A DNA stretch of 63,254 nucleotides, the filler included, from Sluysia triapertura (taxonomy: Eukaryota): assembly GCA_046118255.1 (NCBI GenBank). It is 5 parts of 5 records of this genome, joined end to end, with 100 filler letters (N's around TTAATTAATTAA, not from the genome) between each part and the next. Parts side by side here need not be neighbours in the genome. Positions count along the whole stretch, not along the records: positions 27,763 to 39,775 come from JBJNIA010147720.1; positions 39,876 to 51,774 come from JBJNIA010159156.1; 3 more parts are not named here. The stretch is one strand, 5' to 3'. A program made the position numbers and the translations under genes. Shown in pieces: positions 28,814 to 41,520 of this stretch; the first letter of the stretch is position 1, and each line of letters opens with the position of its first letter. The notes beneath the pieces were generated by a model that worked only from the letters and a program-made list of their open reading frames with translations, ran no database searches and had not been told where the DNA came from.

Positions 28814-29173
28814 ATGATAAATAAGTTTTTAGAAGACAAAATAAAAATTAGTGATCTTGAAGGCGATTTAGTTGAAAATGATTATTTATTGAAAAGAAAT
28901 AATTTAGTTCTAGATATCAAGTCAAATGTTGATCAAGATATGAAATATACAAATGTTGATAATGTTAATTATAATATAAATGAATTTTATCCCAATTCAA
29001 AAATCGATATAGTTGAGTTATGTAATAGAGTCAATCAGTTTTTAAATCTCATTTCCAATGAATCAAAACTTATATCAAATTCTAAGATTAGTATCGATAA
29101 TTTATCTAATTATAAATCTGACGTTCCTATACTTCATATCATGAAAACGCGGCATGTTATCCAAGTAAAGTAG
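28814..29173 (+). CDS. Candidate exon of an unidentified gene
   Basis: 119-codon open frame with protein-like composition and a CAA|gtaaag donor near 29164. A CCAAT cluster lies upstream. No recognisable motif. Confidence 0.3.
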   Translation: MINKFLEDKIKISDLEGDLVENDYLLKRNNLVLDIKSNVDQDMKYTNVDNVNYNINEFYPNSKIDIVELCNRVNQFLNLISNESKLISNSKISIDNLSNYKSDVPILHIMKTRHVIQVK

Positions 29174-31191
29174 ATAGTCAGTATTGTATTGTAAAAAAAC
29201 GAAAGTTAAATTTAGATCGTAAAATTTTTAATTATATTAATAAAATTTACGTAAAAATGCTTTGCTTCTTCGTTGTCTATGATATAAAAGTGAAGTTTTA
29301 AAACTTAAAACCTCTCAATGTTTAATTGTTTTAAAAATAAATAAAATGCTAGATACAATGTTAAATTAAAACTTTCAATTTATAAATACCTATGCATATC
29401 TCAACCAAAAAAGAAAGTACGTTACCTTTATTTTATTTTTACTTCATTTTTATAATATTAATAAACATATAAATGATAATGATAACATTGACAAAAATAA
29501 TATATGAATAATGTTATTACATGATAATAATAATACATAATAATGTATGATAATAATAATAATAATATAATTATAATTATCTTTATATAATCTTTATCAA
29601 TTTCATTGCATATTTTCATATTTGTTTTATTTCGTAAATACACTACTTTAACGACCTAAGTTATATTCGAATTATAAAATTTCATACATCCATTTCTGAC
29701 AAATAAGACGAGTTCAGAATTCACTTGCAAGACTTAGAGACTAATTATAAATTAATTTGTTTAATAAAGTCGATAATATAAAATGAATCAAAATTTATTA
29801 TATCAACTAATATGAAAATAAATGCTAACCTAAATAAAAGTTAATCTACACAATTAAGTGTTAGCAAGGTTTTAAAAATTTGATAATTGTCAAGTTGAGT
29901 TATCAGATAAAGATAATTTATAAAGTCACAAGTTTCTGAAACTTTTATAAATAAAGCAACCTGGATAATAAATTCACAAGTTACTGATTTTATACACAAA
30001 GACTAAATGTCCTTATATGAAGCTCAAAATTGCTTCTTGCTCGGTTATAAGGTACAAAATTAATCAAAAAACTATTTTAATCTAGTTTTATTTTATAGAA
30101 TAACTGTTGAGATTTTAAATCTTTATATTTTATTGCAAAATTACATTATTATCATTTTCGAATAACTATAAAATATACAAGTTCTTACTAAATTGTAAAA
30201 TATTACTTTATAGAAAATTCATTCTAATGAAATTTAATCTTTGAGTCGAAAAGTGTTTCCTGCATTTCAAATAAGAAAATTTAGTCTTTTGAGCAACATT
30301 TTTTTAAAGCGCAAATTGAAAAAATACTGATCAATCATACTTTACAATGTGGTACTAAAAAAATCTTAACAGTAGTAATAATTATAACACATTTTGAATT
30401 AATTTCATTCGTATTTATGCAAATGTGAAAATCATGCACAAAAAAAGAACACACAGATGTCAGAAAACTGTAACGAAATTCCAAACTAATTTATATATTT
30501 TCCAACTCTTTCGAAATTACAAAACATTTAAAAAATTTATTACATATGTAAATATTTAAAGAAATTGAATGATTATATCAATTAGATATTACATCTTGAA
30601 AACTTAATAGTTTTGCGGTATTAACAGTAATGATTGACAGCAATATTTAAAATAACGAAAAATAAAAATTTTAAAAGCTTAATATTTGTGATTTTTTAAT
30701 GTATCATAAAGCCCGAAAAATCAAATTTTACTTTTATTTCTTAAACTTTAATCCCTTAAGAATCATTAGTCAATGAATTTAAAGATTATTTGTTATACAT
30801 ACTAAGAATTTATGACCAGACTGAAGAAAAATTATTTTTCATTGTTAAAGACGTCAACGTTGTGTTTTGAAAGAAAATTAAGTGAATTTTGTGAGATCTA
30901 ACAAATGCTCTGATATTTATGACAACCTGATTGTACTTACATTTTTTGGTTTCTCAAAACAAAAGCTTAAAAGTAGCAATCCAGTTAATTCGATGTCGAC
31001 ATATTTTACGTACAAAAACAATAGACTCAAAAAAATCGGATAAATATTGCTAAATTCACAATTACATTTTACATTTTTATTTAGTTTATCTTTCTAAAGG
31101 TGGACTTAATATGATTAAATTTCCAGTTTCTTAGTTTATTTAACCTTTCCTCATTTAACGTACATAAAACGAATGTAAACGAATATCTTAC

Positions 31192-32006
31192 TTTTCATTC
31201 AATAAACTGACAACATAACGAGGTGCTTTTGGTATTTTTCTTGCAGGATAAAAAGCTGAATTGGAATGATGAATTGTTGTGGTAGCAGAAGCGCGACGAA
31301 TATCATTAAAACTTGGATTCAACTTAGCATTTAAAATAGTGTTACCGATTAAAATTGTTTTATCTTCATCTTCATTATTTTTGTCTATTTCTTTTTTAAC
31401 GTTTGATTCCGAAGGATTTGATTGAGGTATTTCACTTGGCTTTGTTGTTGTTGATGAATTAACTTCATTTGGATCTGAAACTGATATGCTTTGTGAATTA
31501 TTTAAAGTAACTGATACACCTTCAAGTTCCGCAATAATCGTATTATCGATTAATATTGGAGCACTTTGTAATTCATCATTCAACGCTACATTTAAATCCG
31601 TGGAATTTGCTAATAATTCTGCTGGATTAACATGCAATAAAGATATTTCTGGCTGTTCACCACTAGTAGAGGCTGTTAATATGGATAATGGCGGACTGCG
31701 ACTATGCGATACACGTTTTTGTTCATCACATTTACGACGACTACTTTTAAGAGCAGGCAACAACACAGTATTAAAATTGCCATTCAAATCATTTTCATCA
31801 TCAAGACTTCGCTGGTGAAGACATGATTTAGAAGCTCGTGTTATGCCACAACTACTACTTCCACCAGCGATAGGAGTTGAATTATATATCGTAGCACTTT
31901 GACTACGTCCACGATTCGGAATGGGTTGTACACAGCTCTCATTTATTTCATTAAACTCGATTTCTGAATCACTGTCACTAGACATATCATAATTATTTGA
32001 AGCCAT
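31192..32006 (-). CDS. First coding exon of an unidentified gene (disordered, Ser-rich N-terminus)
   Basis: About 270 stop-free codons from MASNNYD, ending AA|gtaaga. Contains RGRSQS and RRAS basophilic kinase-type motifs. Confidence 0.75.
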
Positions 32007-32271
32007 ATTAAACAAAGGACACAGTAATCTTCATAAAATCAATATAAATGAATGATAAATAATTTAACTATAAAAAAAAATAAATTTAGTAACATAAAAC
32101 AATAAATATAAAATAAATGAAATAGTGCTTATTTACACTACAATGTCACCTAGTCATAATGAAAATGATTATTATTTTATTTTTATTTTTCATATCTTTA
32201 AAAAGTTTTTTTTTTGTAATTTTTACATTTAGAAAATAAATATTCGTTACCATATCTACTTTACATAGATT

Positions 32272-32770
32272 ATCGTATCTGTGACACAGTGTATCATTCC
32301 ACCGATCTCATATAAATTTCATACATAAATATCCACGACATCACGTCCAGAATATTGTGCTTGTATTAGTTTATTAGCAATTACATCAGTAGGATCATTA
32401 TAATTAGGTACCAACACTTTTTTATTAGGTACCTTGTAACTAAGTCTAGTATCATTTTGAGATATAACATTAGTTTTGGTTAATGATGCTTCAACATTTT
32501 TGTATGGAACTCCATCGAAATTTTTTGCTGAATATAAAATTTACACATCATTACATGATACTCCTCAATCCCACTTTACTCATTTTACTCATGGCTATCA
32601 AGGCAGTTAAATTAATGAACTTTACAAATTCATTAATATGCATATCCTTAATATCTTTATCGTCAACACCATCCAACCATATGAAATTTTTAATATGGTT
32701 ACCAATGGTTACGTTTAAACCATTATATCGTCTGTGACATACCAGGGTTGCGATTGCTATTTAAAGTAGG
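32272..32770 (-). pseudogene. Decayed agmatine deiminase / Porphyromonas-type peptidyl-arginine deiminase family gene, C-terminal half
   Basis: LNSNRNPGMSQ, NFIWLDG..DIKDMHI, KVLVPNYNDPTD.IAN and V*NLYEIGGMIHCVT (catalytic GGxxHCxT). It carries frameshifts and stops. Confidence 0.8.
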
Positions 32771-33130
32771 ACCACCACATGTTTCAATCAAACCACATTC
32801 TAAAATATTAAATAAATAAATAATTTATTTCTAATATTGAACTACTTTTTATATAATTTTCATTTTTATACCACCAACATATAACATTATTGACATGGTG
32901 ACTTAACATTACCACATTTTAATTTTTCATCATCGACATCACTATCATCATTGTCAGATGATTGTTTATTTTGTTTTTCGTCAGAAAATTTCTCTTTTTC
33001 TACCAAGTTTAATTCATATTTATCGCTTTTATAATGAATTTCACATTGAATCAATTATATTTAACTATCAATACACCAAACTATTTACAAATATCATCGA
33101 ACGCATTAAATTATTTCAATAATGAAAATA

Positions 33131-33162
<32 letters not shown>

Positions 33163-34555
33163 ATACATACATACATACATACATACACTGCAAAATAATA
33201 TGTATGCGTCACTACTGTAGAAATAATAATAATCTGTGCCAATTAGTTACATACATACATATATAATTAGAGAACGGCACTGGATTTATCTTTTTGAATT
33301 TATTAAATTGATAGAACCATATTTTCAATTACATTTTCCGGTAGTTTATCATTGATTCACATTATATCACTAGTAATCTGTCTTTTCATTAAGAAACATT
33401 TATTAATTAATTACAGCGTTGGTTGTAAATAAGACTTCATTATTTTGATAAAATTATTAATAATTTAACTTAAATAAAGATTATATTTATTAAACTTATT
33501 ACTTATCTTTTTAATCAATTAAACATAATACTTCCTGACACAATGTAAAACTTTGTTTCGATTTTCATAAAAAGTAAGCTCTCTATTTTAAATTTTAATA
33601 TCAACATTTTTTCTCCTTGTTGTGTAACTTAAATTTCATAAAATATAATTAAAATTATTTATTAAAATACCAATAAAAAAAACTATTTTATTAAAATTTA
33701 AATGTTGTAAATTTGATATGAGTCACTATTTTAGAAAATGAATCGATACAAATTATACTTAAAATTCCAATAACATCAAAAAATGCTCGTAAATCAATGA
33801 TAACATTTCCATCTTACAAAATAGCGAAAATAATCTATGAATTCAGAAAATTAATTCTCAAGTTTCTAAACGCAATAAATATTTAAAATAATCGAATTAT
33901 TTAATCCAAATATAAAGCAGCATTGTTAAAACTTTTAATCTATTTTGTAAAAAGACTACATTCATATGAAAATAAAACCCCTTTAAAATATGAACACGTA
34001 ACAAAAGTAAACTTGTTTAAAAAAATAAAACAATTTATTATAATGTATTCGAAAAATGCGAACATACATTTTTTGAGGTTTTTCTTTATTAATTTCTAAT
34101 CAAATACAACTTGATCTTTCGTAATTTAAAAATAATTTAAATAAATTATAGGGTATTAAAATTCCTTTTTAATATATCGAAAAATATAAATAAATTATTG
34201 TATTTTATTAAAAATGTTGACTTGTATATAAAATGTTCGATCAAATTGTAGTTTAGTTACAGTAATAAGTAAATATTCTGTGTTATCCCTTGTAGAATCA
34301 GCATTACACGAAAAACACCTTTAAAACATTAAAAATAAGGAATAAAATATTCAGCAAATCTTAAATTATTTTTGGCATATCACATGCATAGATTTTTGAA
34401 CATTAATTTAAATCCTTAGTGAAATCTAGAAGAAAAACCGTTATAAAAATTCAGAAAAGATACATCATAAAACAGTGCATATTCGAAAATATAAGTATTA
34501 TTAAATATAGGATTTATTATTATCTTTAAAAATAATGAAGCATTATTAATTTACG

Positions 34556-34626
34556 GCACTCTATAGACCTGATATAAAGCAATCGCATGGGTTATGCGTG
34601 AATCTGCTTTAAAACGGATCAGGATT

Positions 34627-34661
<35 letters not shown>

Positions 34662-34741
34662 TTGTGCTAATACTCAATAAATGAGTTTAAAAATGCTGCG
34701 TGTATTGCGTAATCATAGTAGGATCAACAGGTCTATAGTGC
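34556..34741. mobile_element. MITE-like element with CACTA(T)-type terminal inverted repeats
   Basis: GCACT(CT)ATAGACCTG ... CAGGTCTATAGTGC, with an internal (AT)n tract. Confidence 0.55.
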
Positions 34742-34899
34742 AATAATAAAATTTTGTTTTATAAAAATAACAAATTTCAACAAAGTTATTTTGATACAAG
34801 TTTCACAATCTACCGAAAAGTTTTATTATTTATAATTTGAAATACAACTGATATATTGCTGATGCTTTTTATGTATTAATTATACAAAAATGCATATTT

Positions 34900-35557
34900 T
34901 TAAAAAGATGAAGTTTCATCACGATAATTATTGATCAATACCACTAAATCATTCCAACGACCGATATTGCATCTGTAGGGATAAGATGAATTTGTGGCCA
35001 ATAAAATGATAGAATTACTATCACTGTGATTGTTTGATTGATTCAGATCATCAACTGAAACAGAATCGGTTGTCGTTGACATTGCTGCCGCAGTGTTAGT
35101 CATCGTCCAATAACAATTAGATTGATTCAATCGACCATATCGAGCAATTAAATCCAAACGTTTTTGAACGGCTTTTGAATCGATTGGAAGTAACAATTCG
35201 TCAAGTTTTGAAGTTATGTATTCGGAATTTTGAGTTTCTAACCAATTATTGATTTGCTCGTAAAACAATTCCTCGTTGTACTTAGATAAAATAAAAAATA
35301 CACTCGATACATTATCCAAAATATCTGAGGCAAGTTGATTACTTCGTATCCACATAAAAATCGACACCAGACATTGTTTGAATGTGTCAGAAAGATCATA
35401 AGGGCAGATTTCATTGTTGCGATTATTGTTAGAGTTTACATAAAAATCGATTAAATTGATACTTTCGTTTGATTTAGGTGGTTGCTTTTTCGAATAATAA
35501 CAGTCTGCCAGAGCAGCAATTCCACGCAAACTGTAGGCTACAATTTGATTGTTAGAA
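34900..35557 (-). CDS. XPO4: Exportin-4-like terminal exon
   Basis: cag| acceptor in phase 2; SNNQIVAYSLRGIAALAD...NVSSVFFILSKYNEELFYEQINNWLETQ parallels the XPO4 C-terminal HEAT repeats. Confidence 0.8.
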
Positions 35558-35689
35558 CTGAAATTATTGAACAATGTTATATGCAAATCAAATTTTTCCT
35601 TATCATATTACATATTGAATTATTTCACATACTAATATATAAAGTGCATCAATTTATATAAGATAGTAATAAGGAACAACATAGAAGTT

Positions 35690-36075
35690 ATGGCCAGAAG
35701 TTAGGCTTAAGTATCTAAAAAGCGATACTTTTAATTAGAAATACTCAAATTGTCCATCATTTACTTCGATAAACTTCAAAACTATGTTCTCCGGAGTAAT
35801 TCTTTCTTTCAATTCTTCCAATGAACACGGTTTAGTACAGTGCACAGCTTCCCAGAGGAAGAAGTCAGGCGGACTAAGGTCGAGCCACACGAGTCCATTT
35901 TTAAGGTAAGAGTTGAATTACATTGTAAATATGCGTGGATATGAACAAGCTAAATTTAATTAAAAAATGCACATATAAGCATGCTAGATATATTATTAAT
36001 CTCAGCGTTTGTTAGATGTATAGGTAAGTGACTGAATAATTTGTCACTGCCCCCTAATTTCTGGCCCGCCATGTT
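35690..36075 (-). mobile_element. Tc1/mariner transposon remnant in an XPO4 intron
   Basis: DLSPPDFFLWE...KPCSLEELKERI...DGQFEY; TIR-like GGCCAGAA.TTAGG at both ends. Confidence 0.75.
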
Positions 36076-36462
36076 TATGTATACATGTAAACTTCCTGAT
36101 ATACCATTCTTTATAAAATACAAAAGCAAGAGAAGTGGTAGAAAATCAGAAGCCTAGATTTTAGATTAAGGAAATACATTGGAATCTAGAATAATATTAA
36201 AAGATAAAAAATAAACTGCTAAGTTGAATAAAACTTTAATAATAACTAAGGTTAGTATAAAATAGCAAGCACGATGGATTACTACCTTCCGAGATTTATT
36301 TTAGGGATGATAATTTATCGAATATTGATTATGATACAAATGTAGCTGAAAATATGTAAAATATTATTAAAGTACTTTAGTTTTTATAGCGATATTCCCT
36401 AATGCTTAAATAATATAATCTTACTTAATATTTTTATTTAGTCATATCATTATAAGACTTAC

Positions 36463-36596
36463 TTGACTAAACTCTTTAGAAACAACTGTACAAGAGAAGT
36501 TGTAAATTCTTGATTCATACGAACCAAGAAACTGCTAGGACTGAATTCTGCAACTAATGTAGCACACTGGAAAAAAACTGTTCCGATTTCAGGAAT
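36463..36596 (-). CDS. XPO4: Exportin-4-like internal exon
   Basis: tag|IPEIGTVFFQCATLVAEFSPSSFLVRMNQEFTTSLVQLFLKSLV|gtaagt; phases match both neighbours. Confidence 0.82.
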
Positions 36597-37480
36597 CTAA
36601 AATTAATGAATTAATCTTGTTTTAAAAAAATGAATACAAAACTAATACAATATTAGACACATTAGTGATTGTAAGTTAAGATCCTAAGACACACATTTGA
36701 TAGGATAACAATAGCAACAAGCACAACTAAGATGTTTGAAATCTAATCATAAAGGATTTCCAGTACAATAAGTTAAAAACCGAAAACTGACATTTAATTA
36801 TATGAAATAAATATGAAATACAAACTACACGAATATCAAAATCTGCGTTATTTAAAACCGAATTATGCAAGGTTACCTGACGTATCCAGACTAAATAATG
36901 ATTCATTTTATAATGGATTCACATTCAAATTCATGAAAATAAACTTGATTTTAGTTGTAAATACACATTAATTTTCGAATAAAATTCACATTTTATGAAT
37001 AATTTGAAAGCAAATAGTTCAATAGTTAATTATTTAGATTTTACAAAAAAAGTGTACACATTTCCCAAAATATCTTCAAGACAAATAAAAGTAAATATTA
37101 CGGATGAAAAATAAATATTTTTCAAAAGGTAAAAACTTTAAATATCGTGCACTTCTTACTTCTAAGAGTATTTATCTATACTTATCTGATTTAAATGTAT
37201 AGATAAGACAAGTATGTGTGAAATTAATGTGTTTATCTACACTTATCAACATTAATTACAAAGTCAGGTCAAATATTAAAAGTGAAGATGAAATTAGTGA
37301 GTTTATCAAATGCAAAACAGACATATTTTGAATTATTTAAAGTGCATCATAAAGTAAAGAAATCTTTTAATTTTTTTGGAACTGCATAAATTTGGTTGAT
37401 TATAAATTTTCAAATTGCATTTTTTTATTATTCTATTCATTTTACAAAGTTATTAAATTAAAATAAGTGTGAAAAATTGC

Positions 37481-38263
37481 CTGTAACATTTCCATATTGA
37501 TATAAGGTGCTAAATATAAAATCAATCGTGATATGACATCATAACCCATCAATCCTTCCAAATCACGATTACCAGTAGAACTGGATAAATTCGAATTAAC
37601 GTTTGTATTATCGATACTAAAATCCAATTCGAATTCATCAAAGACTTGTCTACTTAATAAATCAGATGCTATAGAGAAAATCAATCGAATTTCATTGGTT
37701 GTTTCCTCTTGATTTGAGTAACCAATCAAATTGTTTTGTGATTGATTAGTAGTAATGTTCAATTTCAAAGCGGATTGTATTGGTTGATGTTTGAATTTAT
37801 TTGTGTATAGCTGAAATAATTCGAGACTTAATGAATAGAACCGTACAGTTTGTTCTCGATTCAGTTCTAGTAACATTGTTTTAGCAATTTCCAGGATGCA
37901 TTCCAATAAAGCTTGTATAATACTGGGTTTTAATAACAGTAATGAACGTTGTTTATCATTTGAATAGTCACTTGGTTTCGATTTATCGTCAGATGATGAA
38001 GTCGAACAAGCTGTAACGACACACTTTTGAAGCCATGGATAAAGTGTGTCAAAAAGTCGAATATAACCCATAGCCCAGGGTCGTTGTTGCTGGATACGTG
38101 ACAATCGACTCGGCCAACGTGTGAGAACTAGTCCGTGTAATAAAGAAAGACATTTAACGAATTCAGATTCATAGTCTTTGCTAACTTCTCCAGATCTGAT
38201 GTGAAGATTACTGTATTCTGAAGAGAGAAGTCGAGTGAAACGAAGAGCGACTGGATCCATTAA
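37481..38263 (-). CDS. XPO4: Exportin-4-like internal exon
   Basis: LLECILEIAKTMLLEL...FYSLSLELFQLY...EETTNEIRLIFSIASDLLSR...LAPYINMEMLQ parallels XPO4; 783 nt, phase 0. Confidence 0.82.
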
Positions 38264-39775
38264 CTAAAAATAATTTAATCGAATATAACAATGAACTGTA
38301 ATGTATATAAATTATATTGTAAATGATTTTCCAGATATTTATTTATTCAATTTATTAATAAAAACAATTGAATCCATTGTAATGTTTTAGTTGTTTTATT
38401 AAAACATCACATTATTTATTTATTAATTTTAATTATATACAATATTTTGAAAAATATATAGCTAGTGTCGCACCTTCTAGTTATTCTGATTCTTAATATG
38501 TATGTAGTTCGGGTCTAAAGTATCCACAGTTGGAATGCGTAGAACATATATTTACTCTATTACTTAGCTAAGAATAAATTTTATAATAAAATTTTAGTAA
38601 ACTATACTTTTACATCTTTAAATTGAGAAGCTACATCAAAACTAAATATTCAATGAATAATCAATAAATAAATAAATTAGTGAAGAGAGCTTTAATGAAA
38701 AGCAGTTTTAATGAAATCTACTTTTGAACAATTATTAAAAGAACAAACTGCCTTTGTTAGATTTATTTATTGTTGTTAATTTTAAGAAATCAACACTCAA
38801 TATTTATGTAATCTAGTTTCGTCAGGCTTCAAATATTAAAAAATTTAAATTCATAAAAATAAAATTAAATAAAAACTTAAAATTTTGTCTACCAGTTTTG
38901 CAGCTAGGAGACAGTGCAAGTGATCCTACTTGCAAACATATCTCATAAAGTTAAATATAATAGAAATCTGTGAATCTTTTTAAAAGTTACGAAAGATTGT
39001 TTTTCTTTCTAGTTTCAATCTCTAACTTTTGTCAGGCGATTTCAAACTGTCAAATCGTGGTAAAGAAATTAAATTATAGAACCATGGTAATACATATTTT
39101 ATTACCAATAGAATAAATAAAGTTTCAATTATACTTTCAATCAATCAAACATTTTAAGCTTAATGTTTATAATATTTATTATTTTATGATTCACTTTTTG
39201 GATAAAAAAATACAAATTATAACAATGGCAACAGTTAATGTATCAATATACATAATGTTGATAAATATAATCAAGAATCTTTTCTTTTAAGTTACAGAAA
39301 CTAAACCAAATATAATACAACTCGATAAAATACTTTGACTTAATAAAAAGAATAAGAAAGAATGATTGACTAACTAAATTATAATAAAATGTAAAACACT
39401 ACAATGTAAGTCTTACGTTCTAATTTGTTGTGGTGGCCAATCTATTACTTTTAACAAATTTTATTAAAAAATTTTTTTTTTTTCCGAATTTAACAAAACT
39501 ACATTCACTTTCAAAATCTTCAATGTATATTTAAAACTCACTAGAAACACTTTTATACACAGTTCCATATCAACACAATCAAAATTATATTTTTCAATAT
39601 CGCAATGTACCAAAGTCTAGAATATAATTTATCTTCTTTACATCCATTAAGCCACTATCTTTTCAAAATACACCTATCCCCCGATTTACACGGTACTTGT
39701 TTTACACGGTTTTCCAAATAAGTTTTTTTGTTTTTATCGCATTTGAAAATTTTTAATTTTCGATTTACACGTTTT

Positions 39776-39875
39776 NNNNNNNNNNNNNNNNNNNNNNNNN
39801 NNNNNNNNNNNNNNNNNNNTTAATTAATTAANNNNNNNNNNNNNNNNNNNNNNNNNNNNNNNNNNNNNNNNNNNN
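39776..39875. other. Artificial contig linker
   Basis: N44 TTAATTAATTAA N44. Confidence 0.97.
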
Positions 39876-40139
39876 TTATTAAATTATTTTGATTGTTTTT
39901 ATGTTAAAATATTACATTTTTACATTCAAATACATGTATCTATTAATTATGTAAAATAAAAAAAAACGATTATTTATAACCTTTTTCTTTAATAAAAAAC
40001 GCGCGTTAAGGGGTTAATTTCATAGTGATTTAAAATTAAAAATATCTAGCAAATTGTTTTAAAGGTATTATTTCCAAGTTTCTGAATTTTTGTTTTTACA
40101 TAATTTAACAGAATTATATGTTGTTCATCATGTATATGT

Positions 40140-41520
40140 TGTCATCACGACTCACCAAAATCATATAAAATGCTTTAGGATTATTTATAAACCTCTAAAA
40201 AAACTTTAAAATGTTTAATTCCAAAAGATAAAATGAAATTTCTAAAAAAGAAACATCGCTTCTAAATAGAATAGAATAGAAACTTCTATAATGTTTTAGA
40301 ACATTCCATCGATTTGCATTGGATGATGACTAATATATAAACTGGCATCATTTTAATGAAAGTCGCCATTTTGAAAACAATTCAAAATTATTAGCAGTCA
40401 TCTCGTCAAGTGCTTTATTCAGTCAATTTTTAAAAATTTGGAGTTTTTGGTCAATTAATTCTACAGTTTAGTTTTACAAAGGATTTCTTCTCGTTCCAGT
40501 TTTGTCTGCTTATTCCAGTCTTTTACATGAAATAGTAAATTATTTTATTTTAAGATAATTTTGATTTATTAAAATCAAGATTATAAAATAGACGTAAAAT
40601 CAGAATTTTATCATTTTATTGTAAGGGCCCCGATATACCAAGGGGAAACTTTTAAAAAAGAAGTTGATTAAAGATCCAAACAGGATTTTAATCGTAAAAT
40701 AACCATTTGAATTTTTTGTTTTTTAGTTTTGAGAATAATTTTACTTATTGTGTAAATTTTGTTTTTTGAGCTTTGATTAATTTTAATCGTTGTATTTAAT
40801 CGATATTCTAATATAATTATACTTGGTTAAATTTCATATTGTAGTTATAAATTTTAATTAAGACCCTATTAGAAGACATTAAGTTAGAGACGTATTAAAC
40901 GTGCTTTTTCGAGTAAACATAGTAAGATTATAGAAACGCCAACTACACGTTGTAAGACGTTTAGTGTAACCGGACCCTGCTCATTTTTTATTTTTGCAAA
41001 GGTTTAGTTTTAAGAAAACGGTAGCATATTTTTGGGTAATAATATTGAATATTTCGAAGTTAAATTAGTTAAAGAATCTGATAATAAAGTTTCTGCAATA
41101 ATAATGAAGTTTGGATCTAAAGTTTCAGGATAAAATTTAAGTCTGAATATATTTCTGGTAACTTATAGTTTAAATCTACTAACTCGAACTGACTTAAATT
41201 GATAACTATCCATTCTTTGATTTCTTACTTCATTTTCTCTTCTTGCTTTTTGCAACATTTAAAGTACCTTCAAAAAACGAAAGGTACCGACGGTTGTAGC
41301 ATCACTGTCAATGTGTCGCTTATCCCAGACTTGAATTTCTCATTGATACTGCTGCTGCTTCTGTTATTCCAAACATTTTATTCAAAAAATCAACGCAACC
41401 AACTCCATTCTCAACAGCATCAGACGATTTATCGGTAGCCTATTATGGTTGTCTACAATTGCAATTTCAACTACTACAAGTTAAGAAAAGATTATAGTGC
41501 AATTTCATCGTAGCTGAAAG
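40140..41520 (+). mobile_element. Degenerate Ty3/gypsy-like LTR retrotransposon (LTR-like region plus protease remnant)
   Basis: TG-start repeat shared with 51076 and 6787. Downstream at about 41328, RLEFLIDTAAASVIP (retropepsin FLIDTGA..SVIP) followed by NFIVAE. Confidence 0.6.

Noticed and set aside
31486-31818. 110-aa plus-strand ORF
   Set aside because: Antisense shadow of the 31192-32006 exon.
32483-32737. 84-aa plus-strand ORF
   Set aside because: Antisense shadow of the agmatine deiminase fossil.
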